Assembly: GCA_007122315.1 (NCBI GenBank)
Contig: SKUB01000153.1
Location: 7,450 to 71,449, forward strand
DNA: 64,000 nt
From: Pseudomonadales bacterium
GTDB taxonomy: Bacteria > Pseudomonadota > Gammaproteobacteria > Pseudomonadales > Azotimanducaceae
Direction of reading: 5' to 3'
Shown: positions 49,708 to 60,016 of the stretch, one piece after another
Position numbering within the stretch: position 1 is the stretch's first letter
Layout: each line of letters begins with the position of its first letter
The notes under the pieces: model-generated
Databases searched by the model: none
What the model was told of the DNA's origin: nothing
What the model saw: only the letters and a program-made list of their open reading frames with translations
Made by a program: the position numbers and the translations under genes

Positions 49708-51662
49708 TGGCACGAGTCCGCGGCAAGTCCCAGGGAGCGGACGCAGCGCCGCCGGGGCTGGTCACGCTCGGCGGCGGCCGCTCCCGCGTCGCCGCTGGTA
49801 ATCTCAACAGCTTCCCCATGTGGCGCTACATGGTGGTGCTGGTGGTGGTGCTGCTTGGTGGTCTGTACGCAGCGCCCAACCTGTTTCCTCCTGACTACGC
49901 GGTACAGATTTCCGGCCGCGGCGAGCAGGCGCGGATTCCGGAAGACGTGTTGCGCCTGGCCGAGGAGGCGGCCATCGCCGCTGGCTTCGAGCCCACCCGC
50001 AGTGGTATCGAGAACCGCCAGGCGGTGATCCGTTTCCGGGACAACGAGACCCAGCTCCGGGCCCAGGACATCATTCGTCAGGCATTCGTTCGCGAAGGTT
50101 TCGGTGACGATTACATCATCGCCCTGAATCTGGCTTCGACCACCCCGGCGTGGCTGGAGAACATCGGCGGCACCCGTATGAATTACGGGCTGGACCTCTC
50201 CGGTGGTGTCCACTTCCTGCTCGAGGTGGACATGGAGACGGCAGTCCGCGACCGCCTGAACGGATTCGAAGAAGAGGTGCGGACGGTGTTCCGCAACGAG
50301 CGCCTGCGTTATCTGCGGCCCATCGAAACCACCCTCGAGCCCCCTGAGATCCGCATCCGCTTCCGGGATGCCACTGACCGCGACGCCGGCCGCGCGGTAC
50401 TCGTCGATCGGGTTCGGGAATTCGACCTCTCCGCCGAGTCGGTGGACGGCGATCCCGGGCTCGTGATGCGTTTGCGCAGCGACGTGGTCAGCGAGATCGA
50501 GGACTACGCGATCTCCCAGAACCTGCAGAGCCTGCGCAACCGGGTCAATGAACTCGGGGTCTCGGAGCCCCTGGTGCAGCGCATGGGGCGCAATCGGATC
50601 GTGATCGATCTGCCCGGCATCCAGGACTCGTCCCGGGCCAAGGACATCATCGGCCGGGTCGCGAACCTGGAGTTCCGACTGGTGGCGAGCGCGGATCACC
50701 CGCGCAGCGAGGTCGAGACATTCACCTACCAGGGCCGCGAAGTGGACCTGCAGCGCTCCGTGATCGCCACCGGTGACCGGGTCGGCAACGCCCAGGCCGG
50801 TCACGACCCGGAAACCAATATGCCCCAGGTGAACATCACCCTGGATGGCCGCGGCGGCGAGCGCATGCACGAGGCGACGCGCCACAACATCGGTCGTCAG
50901 ATGGCCATCCTGTTCCGGGAGACCCTCACCCGTTCCCACTACGAGGAAGTGGACGGAGAGATGGTGCTGGTGCAGGTGCCCTACGAGGAGCAGCGCCTGA
51001 TCAGTGTGGCCACCATCCAGGCGGCGCTGGGCACGCGCTTCCGCATCACCGGCCTGTCCCAGAGCGAGGCGCGGGATCTCTCGCTGCTGCTGCGGGCGGG
51101 CGCCCTCGCGGCACCGATGTACATTGTCGAGGAGCGCACGGTGGGCGCGTCGCTCGGCGAGGAGAACATCCGCGCCGGCTTCACCTCGGTAGCCATCGGC
51201 TTCGCGCTGGTGCTGGTGTTCATGATGGTCTATTACCGCTTGTTCGGGCTGGCGGCGAACATCGCGCTGGCGGTGAACCTGGTGCTGCTGGTGGCGGTGA
51301 TGTCCCTGCTCGGCGCCACCCTGACCTTGCCCGGCATTGCGGGCATCGTGCTGACCGTCGGTATGGCGGTGGACGCGAACGTGCTGATTTTCTCGCGCAT
51401 TCGCGAGGAATTGCAGTATCGATCGCCCCAGGCGGCCATTTCGGCGGGCTTCGACCGCGCCTTCGTCGCCATTCTCGATGCCAATATCACCACCCTGATC
51501 GTGGCGGTGATTCTCTATGCCATCGGCAGCGGCCCGGTGCGCGGCTTTGCGGTGACGCTGTCCATCGGCATCTGTACCTCGCTGTTCTGCGCACTGATGG
51601 TGACCCGGGCGCTGGTGAATCTCATGTATGGCGGACGCAATATCCGCCGGCTGGCGATCTGA
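49707..51662 (+). CDS. secD: protein translocase subunit SecD
   Basis: LNSFPMWRYMVVLVVVLLGGLYAAPNLF matches the E. coli SecD N-terminus from memory, so the start must be upstream. The only in-frame start is ATG 49707, coupled to the yajC stop, which gives a ~35 aa extension. The alternative is ATG 49818. Confidence 0.88.
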
Positions 51663-51672
51663 GGAGCGGGCC

Positions 51673-52662
51673 ATGAGCGAATCGGATCAGGACGTCGATC
51701 GTCGCAACATGGAGAAGCGGCAACGCTTCTGGGAATTCGAGCTCGCGATCAATTTCATGGGCATCAGGCGCATCGCCACGATGCTGTCGATTGTCCTGGT
51801 CGTCGGTTCCATCGCGCTGCTGGGATTCCGCGGGCTGAACTTCGGCCTCGACTTCACCGGCGGAACGCTGGTGGAAGTGCAGTTCCCCGAGGCCATCGAG
51901 CCGCAGGCGGTGCGCGTGCAGCTCGAGCGGGACGGCTACGAGAACATCGTCGTGCAGAACTTCGGCACGCCCCGGGATCTACTGGTCCGGGTGCCGCCGG
52001 ACCTGGTGGGCGACGAGGCCACCATCGGCGATCAGCTCTTAAGACGCCTGCGCGATGCCTACGGCGCTGACGTCACGTTGCGGCGCTCGGAGTTCGTGGG
52101 GCCCACGGTGGGTGACGAACTGAGGGAGCAGGGTGGCCTGGCCATGCTTGCCGCCCTGGTGCTGGTGATGATCTACGTGCTGTTCCGCTTCAGCGGCAAG
52201 TTCGCCATCGGCGCGGTGGTGGCATTGGCCCACGACGTGATCATCGTCATGGGCGCGTTTTCACTGTTCTACTGGAGCTTCGACCTGCCTTCGCTGGCTG
52301 CTGTGCTGGCGGTGATCGGCTATTCGCTGAATGACACCATCGTCATTTCCGACCGCATCCGGGAGAACTTCCGGCGCCTGCGCAGGGAAACGCCGATCGA
52401 GGTCATCAACATCTCCCTGAATCAGACCTTCGGCCGCACTTTGGTCACGTCGCTCACCACCATTCTGGTGCTGGGCGTGCTGTTCATCTTCGGTGGCCAG
52501 ACCGTCGAGGGCTTCTCGGAGGCGCTCATCGTCGGCGTCCTCATCGGGACCTACTCGTCCATCTACGTGGCAGCCAACGTGCTGGTGGCGCTCGGGATCG
52601 ATCGCGAGGATCTGCTCGTTCCCGTCAAGGAAGGTGCGGACCAGGAGCCGCTCAGTCCCTGA
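51673..52662 (+). CDS. secF: protein translocase subunit SecF
   Basis: GAGGAG lies upstream of ATG 51673. LNFGLDFTGGTLVEV, the GYSLNDTIVISDRIREN region, and the position after secD. Confidence 0.9.
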   Translation: MSESDQDVDRRNMEKRQRFWEFELAINFMGIRRIATMLSIVLVVGSIALLGFRGLNFGLDFTGGTLVEVQFPEAIEPQAVRVQLERDGYENIVVQNFGTPRDLLVRVPPDLVGDEATIGDQLLRRLRDAYGADVTLRRSEFVGPTVGDELREQGGLAMLAALVLVMIYVLFRFSGKFAIGAVVALAHDVIIVMGAFSLFYWSFDLPSLAAVLAVIGYSLNDTIVISDRIRENFRRLRRETPIEVINISLNQTFGRTLVTSLTTILVLGVLFIFGGQTVEGFSEALIVGVLIGTYSSIYVAANVLVALGIDREDLLVPVKEGADQEPLSP

Positions 52663-52710
52663 CGGGCTTCACCGGGCAGAGCGCTGGGGTACTCGAAGCA
52701 GCAATCCGTT

Positions 52711-53529
52711 TCAGGATGCCTTCTCCGGCCGCATGGACGCCACCACGTGGGGCGCGATGGCCTGCAGCAGCGCTTTGAAGCACTTCGGGTTGCCCGCGAC
52801 GATGTTGCCGGTGGTGAGGTAGTGCATGTCGCCGGTGAAGTCGGCCACCAGCCCCCCCGCTTCCGAGATCAGCAGCGCTCCGGCGGCCATGTCCCAGGGT
52901 TTGAGTCCCGGTTCGAAGAAGGCATCCAGCCGGCCGGCGGCGACGTAGGCCAAGTCGAGTGCCGCGGAGCCTGAGCGACGCATGCTGCGGCAGCGGCGGG
53001 TGACGGTCTCGAACATGGCCATGTAAGGCGTCAGGTGGCGATCCACCTCGCCGGGAGGAATGCCGCTGCCGACCAGGGCGCTTTCGAGGTGCTGGCGCCG
53101 GGTGACCCGCATACGTTTGTCGTTGAGCTGGGCGCCGTGTCCCCGTGAGGCCACGAATGACTCATCCCGCAGCGGGTCGAGGATGACGGCGTGCTCGATG
53201 CGGCCGCGTACCCGGCAGGCGATCGATACGCCGAAGTGCGGAATGCCGTGCAGAAAATTGGTGGTGCCGTCCAACGGGTCGATGATCCAGGTGTATTCGG
53301 CATCTGCGGCGCCGATCAGCCCGGATTCCTCGCACAGGAAGGCGTGGTCCGGGTAGGACTTGGAGAGGATCTCGACGATGGCGGACTCGGCGGCCCGGTC
53401 CACATCGGAGACCAGGTCGTTCTTCTGCTTTTCCTGGATGTCGAGGGTGTCGACCCGATCCAGGGCACGAACGATGATCTGGCCGGCGCGCCGGGCGGCG
53501 CGCAAGGCCATGCTGGCCATGGGCTGCAT
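52711..53529 (-). CDS. suhB: inositol-1-monophosphatase
   Basis: FLCEESG, WIIDPLDGTTNF, and AAALDLAYVAAGRLD. ATG 53529 (MQPMASMALRAARRAG) is preferred. Confidence 0.9.
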   Translation of the reverse strand: MQPMASMALRAARRAGQIIVRALDRVDTLDIQEKQKNDLVSDVDRAAESAIVEILSKSYPDHAFLCEESGLIGAADAEYTWIIDPLDGTTNFLHGIPHFGVSIACRVRGRIEHAVILDPLRDESFVASRGHGAQLNDKRMRVTRRQHLESALVGSGIPPGEVDRHLTPYMAMFETVTRRCRSMRRSGSAALDLAYVAAGRLDAFFEPGLKPWDMAAGALLISEAGGLVADFTGDMHYLTTGNIVAGNPKCFKALLQAIAPHVVASMRPEKAS

Positions 53530-53860
53530 GGCGGGTCTCCACTTGAGGGGGCGGTTCGCAACGGGCGGCAAGGTTACCAGAACTCGCCTGCAGTGGGAGC
53601 CAGCGACGAACGATCGGTCACGCGATCGCGGAAGGAACAACGGCGATGCATGCGAGGGTCAGCTTCAGCTGCCCCGAAGGGGCGCAAGCCCTGGATGGCT
53701 TGCGACCGCGGGCGTGGCGATTGGCGTGATGCGGCAGAACGCTTCGAATCGAGGGCAGTCCGCGATCGCGACGCCGCCTTGCAGGCGACGTCAGCTCCCA
53801 CCGACACTAGCGAACGCCGCTCGATATCAACACTTTACGTTTTGTTCCATGAGAGGGTAA

Positions 53861-54658
53861 ATGAGAGAGGAACAGGGTTCTCCACCGCTGGCGCCGGAGC
53901 TGGTGCAGCGCGTGCGCATGGTCATGGTGGAGCCGACGCATCCCGGCAACATCGGCGCGGCGGCGCGCGCCATGAAGACCATGGGCCTCAACCGCCTGAC
54001 TCTGGTCAATCCGCTGCGCTTCCCGGACAACGAAGCCCGCTTCCGCGCCGCGTCGGCGGTGGACGTCGTGGATGGCGCCAACGTGGTCTCGACGCTTGCA
54101 GAGGCCATCGATGACTGCACCCTGGTGATTGGCGCCTCGGCCCGCAACCGGCGTGTGCCGTGGCCGCTGGTGGATGCACGCGAGGCTGCTCGAGCCGTTC
54201 TGGACGAGGTGCCTCGCGGCGAAGTGGCCATTCTGTTCGGACGTGAGTCCAGCGGCCTGACCACCGAGGAACTGGCGCGTTGCCAGCGCCATCTCCACAT
54301 CGCAACGGATCCTGCCTACACGTCCCTGAACGTAGCCATGGCGATGCAGATCGTGGCCTACGAGATCCGGCAAGCCTGGCTCGACGCCGGAGCGCGCCCG
54401 CCGGAGCCCGCCTGGGACCGACCCTGGGCTGATGCGGCGGCGGTGGAAGGGCTGCTCGAGCATCTCTCCGAAGTGCTGGATCAGATCAACTACTACGACC
54501 GCCGGGAGCCGGGTCAGGTGATGCTGCGCATGCGCCGGCTGTTCTTCCGTACCCGCCTCGATCAGGTCGAGATCAACATCCTGCGCGGACTGCTGACCAA
54601 CGTGCAGAAGCGGGCCGGCCTCGCGGGCAAGGGCTCTCGCGATACTGCGCCTGATTGA
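53861..54658 (+). CDS. trmJ: tRNA (cytidine/uridine-2'-O)-methyltransferase TrmJ
   Basis: VMVEPTHPGNIGAAARAMKTMGL, ILFGRESSGLT, and SLNVAMAMQIVAYE. GTG 53903, with GGAG upstream, would give an E. coli-length N-terminus, so the start is uncertain. Confidence 0.85.
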   Translation: MREEQGSPPLAPELVQRVRMVMVEPTHPGNIGAAARAMKTMGLNRLTLVNPLRFPDNEARFRAASAVDVVDGANVVSTLAEAIDDCTLVIGASARNRRVPWPLVDAREAARAVLDEVPRGEVAILFGRESSGLTTEELARCQRHLHIATDPAYTSLNVAMAMQIVAYEIRQAWLDAGARPPEPAWDRPWADAAAVEGLLEHLSEVLDQINYYDRREPGQVMLRMRRLFFRTRLDQVEINILRGLLTNVQKRAGLAGKGSRDTAPD

Positions 54659-54713
54659 GGCAGTTCATCGGGTCCGCTCGAGCACCGCGGGTCGGAACAA
54701 AGTTGATCGCAGC

Positions 54714-54738
54714 TATCGGGTACTGGACAATCCCGTCC
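54714..54738. promoter_or_regulatory. possible IscR type-1 box upstream of iscR
   Basis: TATCGGGTACTGGACAATCCCGTCC has imperfect inverted arms CGGGTA / (T)ATCCCG, centred ~43 nt upstream of the iscR ATG. It loosely resembles the E. coli iscR-promoter sites recalled from memory. Confidence 0.25.
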
Positions 54739-54768
54739 TGATCCGCTGGTTTTCGAGGATGAGTTCCC

Positions 54769-55257
54769 ATGCGACTCACCACCCGCGGTCGCTACGCGGT
54801 TACCGCCATGCTCGATCTGGCGTTACACGGGACCGAAGGTCCGGTGACCCTCGCGGAGATCGCAAACCGTCAGCACATTTCCCTGGCCTATCTGGAGCAG
54901 CTGTTCGCCCGGCTGCGACGCCATGGTCTGGTGCGCAGCGTGCGGGGCCCCGGTGGTGGTTATCGGCTGGCGGAAGCGGGCCTGCAGATCTCGGTGGTGG
55001 ACATCATCGATGCCGTGGATGAGTCCCTCGATGCCACGCGCTGTGGCGGCGGTGGTGACTGTCAGGGCGGCCGCACCTGCCTGACCCACGAGCTCTGGAG
55101 TGACCTGTCGGCGCGTGTTCACGCCTTCCTCGCCGAAGTCACGCTGGAGCAGATGGTCGAGCGCCCTGAAGTTCGTGCCGTGGCGAGCCGGCAGCGGGCC
55201 GACGCGGGTGACGGCACGGACCCTCTGGACACATCGCTGCTCGAAACGGTGCCCTGA
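54769..55257 (+). CDS. iscR: Fe-S cluster assembly transcriptional regulator IscR (Rrf2 family)
   Basis: [18 protein letters not shown], and the cluster ligands C-x5-C-x5-C-x2-H in [20 protein letters not shown]. Confidence 0.88.
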   Translation: MRLTTRGRYAVTAMLDLALHGTEGPVTLAEIANRQHISLAYLEQLFARLRRHGLVRSVRGPGGGYRLAEAGLQISVVDIIDAVDESLDATRCGGGGDCQGGRTCLTHELWSDLSARVHAFLAEVTLEQMVERPEVRAVASRQRADAGDGTDPLDTSLLETVP

Positions 55258-55261
55258 CACG

Positions 55262-56458
55262 ATGACTCGAAACTCGAATCTGCCGGTGTACCTGGACAAC
55301 GCCGCGACCACCCCCGTGGATCCGGCGGTGGCTGCGGTCATGGCCGAGTGCCTGACTGCGGAGGGTGTATTCGGGAACCCGGCTTCCCGCTCGCACTGCT
55401 ACGGCTGGGATGCGGAAGAGCGGGTCGAGCAGGCCCGGGTCGAGCTGGCGGAGTGCATTGGCTGCGACCCTCGGGAGGTGGTCTGGACCTCCGGCGCCAC
55501 GGAATCGAACAACCTTGCCATCAAGGGCGTGGCGCTGGCGCGTCGCGACCGTGGGCGGCACGTCATCACCTCCAGGGCCGAACACAAGGCCGTCATCGAC
55601 AGCTGTCTCTGGCTTGCGCGGCAGGGCTTCGAGGTCACCTGGCTGGATCCGGAGCCGACCGGTGTGGTGGCGCCCGAGGCGGTGGCGGCGGCCCTGCGGC
55701 CGGAGACCGTGCTGGTATCGCTGATGGCCGTGAACAACGAACTCGGGGTCTGCAACGATATCGAGGCCATCGCTGCCCTGACCCGGCCAGCTGGGGTCCC
55801 GCTGCATGTAGATGCGGCCCAGGCGCTCGGGAAGATGCCATTGGATGTCGCTGCCCTCGGCGCGGATCTGATGTCCTTCTCCGGTCACAAGATCTATGGG
55901 CCGAAGGGTGTGGGCGCACTGTATGTCCGCCGCCACCGGGACCTGGTGGTGGAGCCACAGATTCACGGTGGCGGGCATGAACGGGGCCTGCGGTCGGGAA
56001 CTCTGGCCACGCACCAGATCGCCGCCATGGGGCATGCCTGCGTCATCGCGGACGCCGGCCTTGGGGCGGAAATGCAGCGCCTGCAGCAATTGCGCACGCG
56101 CTTCCTCGATGCTCTCGCGGTGCTCCCGGACGTCAAGCTCAATGGTGGCGCCGAACGCTCGGTCCCGGGCATCGTGAATCTGGCGTTCGGCGGCGTCGAC
56201 GGCGAGGCGCTGATCCTGGCCCTGTCCGCGGACGTCGCCTGCTCGACGGCCTCCGCCTGCACCACAGCCACCATCGAACCGTCCCACGTGCTGCGTGCCA
56301 TCGGGCTCGATGACGCGCTTGCCCATGCCTCGATCCGGTTCTCCGTCGGTCGTTTCACGACTGCGGAGGAGGTGGATTTCGCGGCCGAGCGTGTGGTCGA
56401 TACCGTGACACGGCTGCGCTCGGCGCACGCGGAATCGCCTCTCGCCGCGGGGCGCTGA
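55262..56458 (+). CDS. iscS: cysteine desulfurase IscS/NifS-like
   Basis: VYLDNAATTPVDP, SGATESNN, the PLP-Lys region FSGHKIYGPKGVGALYVR, and the active-site loop STASACTTATIEPSHVLRAIG. Confidence 0.9.
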   Translation: MTRNSNLPVYLDNAATTPVDPAVAAVMAECLTAEGVFGNPASRSHCYGWDAEERVEQARVELAECIGCDPREVVWTSGATESNNLAIKGVALARRDRGRHVITSRAEHKAVIDSCLWLARQGFEVTWLDPEPTGVVAPEAVAAALRPETVLVSLMAVNNELGVCNDIEAIAALTRPAGVPLHVDAAQALGKMPLDVAALGADLMSFSGHKIYGPKGVGALYVRRHRDLVVEPQIHGGGHERGLRSGTLATHQIAAMGHACVIADAGLGAEMQRLQQLRTRFLDALAVLPDVKLNGGAERSVPGIVNLAFGGVDGEALILALSADVACSTASACTTATIEPSHVLRAIGLDDALAHASIRFSVGRFTTAEEVDFAAERVVDTVTRLRSAHAESPLAAGR

Positions 56459-56470
56459 GGTACAGCTCCA

Positions 56471-56488
56471 CGTAAGTGGCCACTTACG
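56471..56488. terminator. 18-bp perfect palindrome CGTAAGTGGCCACTTACG after iscS
   Basis: Seen directly, 13 nt after the iscS stop. There is no U-tract, so its function as an intrinsic terminator is uncertain. Confidence 0.3.
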
Positions 56489-56529
56489 CACTGCGCCCCT
56501 CACTTCGGTGCAAAAACATGCCGGGTGCG

Positions 56530-56535
56530 TATAAT
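56530..56535 (+). promoter_or_regulatory. consensus -10 hexamer TATAAT upstream of ndk
   Basis: TATAAT lies 54 nt upstream of the ndk ATG. No convincing -35 was found at 17 bp spacing. Confidence 0.3.
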
Positions 56536-56588
56536 GTCGCGCGCCTTGGCCACCCCCACTTTTGCGATTGAATTGGAGAGCAAGCACG

Positions 56589-57020
56589 ATGGCTCGCGAA
56601 CGCACCCTGTCCATCATCAAGCCCGACGCAGTCGGCAAGAATCACATCGGCGAGATCCAGGCGCGGTTCGAAGCGGCGGGGCTGCGCATCGTCGCCCTGC
56701 GTCTGCTGCATCTGTCCCGTGTTCAGGCAGCCGGCTTTTACGCCGAGCATGAAGGGCGGCCGTTCTTCGAAGATCTACTGCAGTTCATGACCTCGGGTCC
56801 GGTGGTCGTGCAGGTACTCGAAGGCGAGGATGCCGTGGCGGCCAACCGCCGGCTCATGGGCGCGACCGATCCGAAGAAGGCGGATCCTGGTACCATTCGG
56901 GCAGATTTTGCTTCGTCCATCGATGCCAATGCAGTGCACGGCTCGGATTCGCCCGAGTCAGCGGCACGCGAGATCGGCTACTTCTTCAGCGATCTGGACA
57001 TCCACGCCCGGAACGACTGA
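56589..57020 (+). CDS. ndk: nucleoside-diphosphate kinase
   Basis: [28 protein letters not shown], and NAVHGSDS (active-site His). Confidence 0.95.
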   Translation: MARERTLSIIKPDAVGKNHIGEIQARFEAAGLRIVALRLLHLSRVQAAGFYAEHEGRPFFEDLLQFMTSGPVVVQVLEGEDAVAANRRLMGATDPKKADPGTIRADFASSIDANAVHGSDSPESAAREIGYFFSDLDIHARND

Positions 57021-58165
57021 TGACCATGACGCCCGACGGCCCACTCGTGAATCTCCTCGGTCTGCCCCGCGCAGGCCTCGAGGCCCTGTTCGCCGAACTC
57101 GGTGAGCGTCCGTTCCGTGCCGTCCAGGTCATGAAGTGGCTGCATCATCGAGGTGTCGACGACTTCGACGCCATGACGGATCTGTCGCGGGACCTGCGCC
57201 AGCGCCTCGCCGGGCTGGCCGTGGTCAGCACCCCGGAGGTCATGCACGAATTCGTCTCCACCGATGGCACGCGCAAGTGGCTGATGGCACTCGAGGATGG
57301 TCAGCGCATCGAGGTGGTGTTCATTCCCGAGAAGGATCGGGGAACGCTGTGCATCTCCTCCCAGGTTGGCTGTGCGCTCGATTGCAGCTTCTGCGCCACG
57401 GGCAAGCAGGGGTTCAACCGCAACCTCACCAGCGCGGAGATCGTCGGCCAGGTCAGGCAGGCGGCACAGCGCCTGCAGGGGGTGGTCACGGATCGCGACC
57501 GGGCCATCACCAACATCGTCCTCATGGGTATGGGGGAGCCGCTGCTCAATTACGATGCGGTGGTGGCGGCCATGGACATTCTTCTCGACGACCTCGGCTA
57601 CGGTATTTCCAAGCGCCGATTGACGTTGTCCACGGCAGGCGTGGCTCCGGCGATCCGACGCTTGGCGGAGATCACTGACGTGGCGCTGGCCATCTCGCTG
57701 CATGCACCGGACGATGCGCTGCGCGATCAGCTGGTCCCCATTAACCGCCGCTACCCGATTGCGGAACTGCTCGATGCGGTGAAGGTCTACCTGGAGAGGC
57801 TCGGCGATTGGCGCTCGGTGACGATCGAGTACACGCTTATCGACGGCGTAAATGACAGTCTGGAGCAGGCGGACGCGCTCGCGACGCTGCTGGCCGATCT
57901 CCGTGATCGCTCGAAGATCAACCTCATCCCCTTCAATCCGTTCCCGGGATCGGGTTATCGTCGCCCCACTGAAGCGCGGGTACGTGCGTTCCAGACTCAC
58001 TTGCTCGAACGCGGGTTCGCGACCATGTTGAGAACGACCCGCGGCGAGGATATCGACGCAGCCTGCGGCCAGCTGGCCGGCAGTTTTCAGGACCGGACTC
58101 GCAGGCGCGAGCGCTACATAGCGAGACTGAAGGATCATGGTGTCATCACCCACCAGGCGGTGTGA
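57020..58165 (+). CDS. rlmN: 23S rRNA/tRNA adenine-C2 methyltransferase RlmN (radical SAM)
   Basis: FRAVQVMKWLH, the radical-SAM cluster motif CALDCSFCATG, GMGEPLLN, and INLIPFNP. Confidence 0.93.
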   Translation: MTMTPDGPLVNLLGLPRAGLEALFAELGERPFRAVQVMKWLHHRGVDDFDAMTDLSRDLRQRLAGLAVVSTPEVMHEFVSTDGTRKWLMALEDGQRIEVVFIPEKDRGTLCISSQVGCALDCSFCATGKQGFNRNLTSAEIVGQVRQAAQRLQGVVTDRDRAITNIVLMGMGEPLLNYDAVVAAMDILLDDLGYGISKRRLTLSTAGVAPAIRRLAEITDVALAISLHAPDDALRDQLVPINRRYPIAELLDAVKVYLERLGDWRSVTIEYTLIDGVNDSLEQADALATLLADLRDRSKINLIPFNPFPGSGYRRPTEARVRAFQTHLLERGFATMLRTTRGEDIDAACGQLAGSFQDRTRRRERYIARLKDHGVITHQAV

Positions 58166-58169
58166 ACGC

Positions 58170-58937
58170 ATGTATTGCAGGCTGCGGGTTTACGCGGCAG
58201 TCCTGCTGCTGACCGTCGCAGGGTGTGCCGGTGCGCCACCTGCCGGGCCGGGCGAGCGCGGCACGCCGGAAGAGCGGGTGCGCGCCCATCTCGATCTTGC
58301 TGAAGGCTATCTCGAGACTGGTGACCTCAACCGGGCGAAGCGCCCCCTGGAGCGGGCCGAGCAGATCAATCCGAGATCCTGGGAAACCCAGAGCATGCGG
58401 GCGCGCATCCATGCGCTGGAAGGTGAGGCCGATCTGGCGGAGCGGCACTTCCGCCAGGCGATCCGTTTGGGCCCCAATCAGCCCCGGGTCCGCAATGACT
58501 TTGGCGTCTTTCTCTTCGACCAGGGGCGCTACCGGGAAGCGGTGGAGCAGCTCACCCGGGCGGTAGCGGATCCGGACAACCCCCATCGGGCGGTAGCCTA
58601 CGAGAACCTCGGCCTGGCCAACCTGCAGGTCGAGGCGCGGAGCGAGGCGCGGCATGCCTTCAACCGCGCGATCATGCTGCGTGAGCGCATGCCGGTGTCC
58701 CTGCTCGAGCTGGCGGAACTGGCCTTCGATGACTCGGATTATGCCCAGGCGGCCACCTACTTCGATCGTTACCGGGCGTTGGCCAGGCAGACTCCCCGCA
58801 GTCTCTGGCTCGGTATCCGGCTCGCGCGGGTGTTCGAGAACGACGACGCCGAAGCCAGCTACGCTCTGCAATTGCGTAACCTCTACCCATCCTCTGCGGA
58901 GTACCTGCGCTACCAGGAGTCCATGCGTGGCGGATGA
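58170..58937 (+). CDS. pilW: type IV pilus biogenesis/stability TPR lipoprotein PilW (PilF)
   Basis: Lipobox LTVAGC, TPR repeats, and the conserved position between rlmN and rodZ as in Pseudomonas and Xanthomonas. Confidence 0.8.
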   Translation: MYCRLRVYAAVLLLTVAGCAGAPPAGPGERGTPEERVRAHLDLAEGYLETGDLNRAKRPLERAEQINPRSWETQSMRARIHALEGEADLAERHFRQAIRLGPNQPRVRNDFGVFLFDQGRYREAVEQLTRAVADPDNPHRAVAYENLGLANLQVEARSEARHAFNRAIMLRERMPVSLLELAELAFDDSDYAQAATYFDRYRALARQTPRSLWLGIRLARVFENDDAEASYALQLRNLYPSSAEYLRYQESMRGG

Positions 58938-59970
58938 ACGCCTGCACGCAGACGAGCCCGCGGCCAGCGAGGAACCGGCTGCCGAGGCTGGCGCGAAGGC
59001 CGGAGGTTTCGGTGCGCGGCTCGCGGCGGCTCGTACAGCCCGTGGTCTCGATCAGGCTGACCTTGCGCGAGCACTGAACCTGCGGGTGGAGGTGATCTCG
59101 GCGCTGGAAGCGGAAGATCGCGATCAGCTGCCGCGCCTCGCGTTCGTCCGGGGTTACCTGCGCTCCTATGGCCGCCTGATGGATTTCCCCGAAGCGGAAA
59201 TCCACGAGGCCCTGGAAGCGTGGCGCAATCCCGCCGAGGAAGACAGGCTGATCGTGTCGCCGGGTTCGGTCGTGAAGTCGCGCGGCTTCGCGCGCACCCT
59301 GCACGGCCACGCGGGGTTGGTCATGACCGTGCTCAGCCTGGTCACCGCCGCATTGGTGGTGGTGTTCCTCGTGGCGATCTGGCCGGAGGGGGGCCTCGAG
59401 GCCACTGTTCAGACACAACCTTCCGCACGCCCGCCTGAGCAACCTGCGGCGCGCGTCCCGCTCAATCCGACCCAGCCGCGTATCGTGCCACCGGCCGCAT
59501 CGGAGACGTCGACCGAGGCCGAGGAGGCCATGGCTGCAGCGGAGGTTCGGACATCCGCAGAGGCGACGGTGACATCCGAAGACTCGGCGATCGCTCAGGC
59601 GCCTGCGACCGCAGCCGAGAACCGCGCAACTGCGCCTGCCACGCCTGCGGCGAGGACCGCCGAAACCCGAGCCGAGATCCAGCGGGAGCGGGCGGAGGAT
59701 GGGCGCCTGGTGCGCGTCCTCGCCAGCGGCGAGGACCGATTGCTGGTTCGCTTCAGCGATGACTGCTGGGTCGAGGTCCGTGACATGGATGGTCGTGACC
59801 TCCACGGTGACCTGCATCGGGCCGGCCAGCAGCTCGAACTCACCGGCACCGGCCCCTTCCGTCTCCTGCTCGGCTACGCGCATGGGGTCGAGGTGGCCTA
59901 CAACGGCGAGACCGTGGACGTCGCACCTCACATTCGCAATGACGTCGCTTCGCTCGTGGTCGGACGCTGA
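58927..59970 (+). CDS. rodZ: cytoskeleton protein RodZ
   Basis: GTG 58927 is the only plausible start, with an 11-nt overlap with pilW. It has the XRE HTH ([25 protein letters not shown]), a TM, a Pro/Ala-rich linker, and a DUF4115-like C-terminus (DCWVEVRD...[15 protein letters not shown]). Confidence 0.75.
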   Translation: MADERLHADEPAASEEPAAEAGAKAGGFGARLAAARTARGLDQADLARALNLRVEVISALEAEDRDQLPRLAFVRGYLRSYGRLMDFPEAEIHEALEAWRNPAEEDRLIVSPGSVVKSRGFARTLHGHAGLVMTVLSLVTAALVVVFLVAIWPEGGLEATVQTQPSARPPEQPAARVPLNPTQPRIVPPAASETSTEAEEAMAAAEVRTSAEATVTSEDSAIAQAPATAAENRATAPATPAARTAETRAEIQRERAEDGRLVRVLASGEDRLLVRFSDDCWVEVRDMDGRDLHGDLHRAGQQLELTGTGPFRLLLGYAHGVEVAYNGETVDVAPHIRNDVASLVVGR

Positions 59971-60016
59971 ACGCAGGCTCCCGTCCGGGGCCCCTCCAAG
60001 TTACTCGGGAAGTTCC

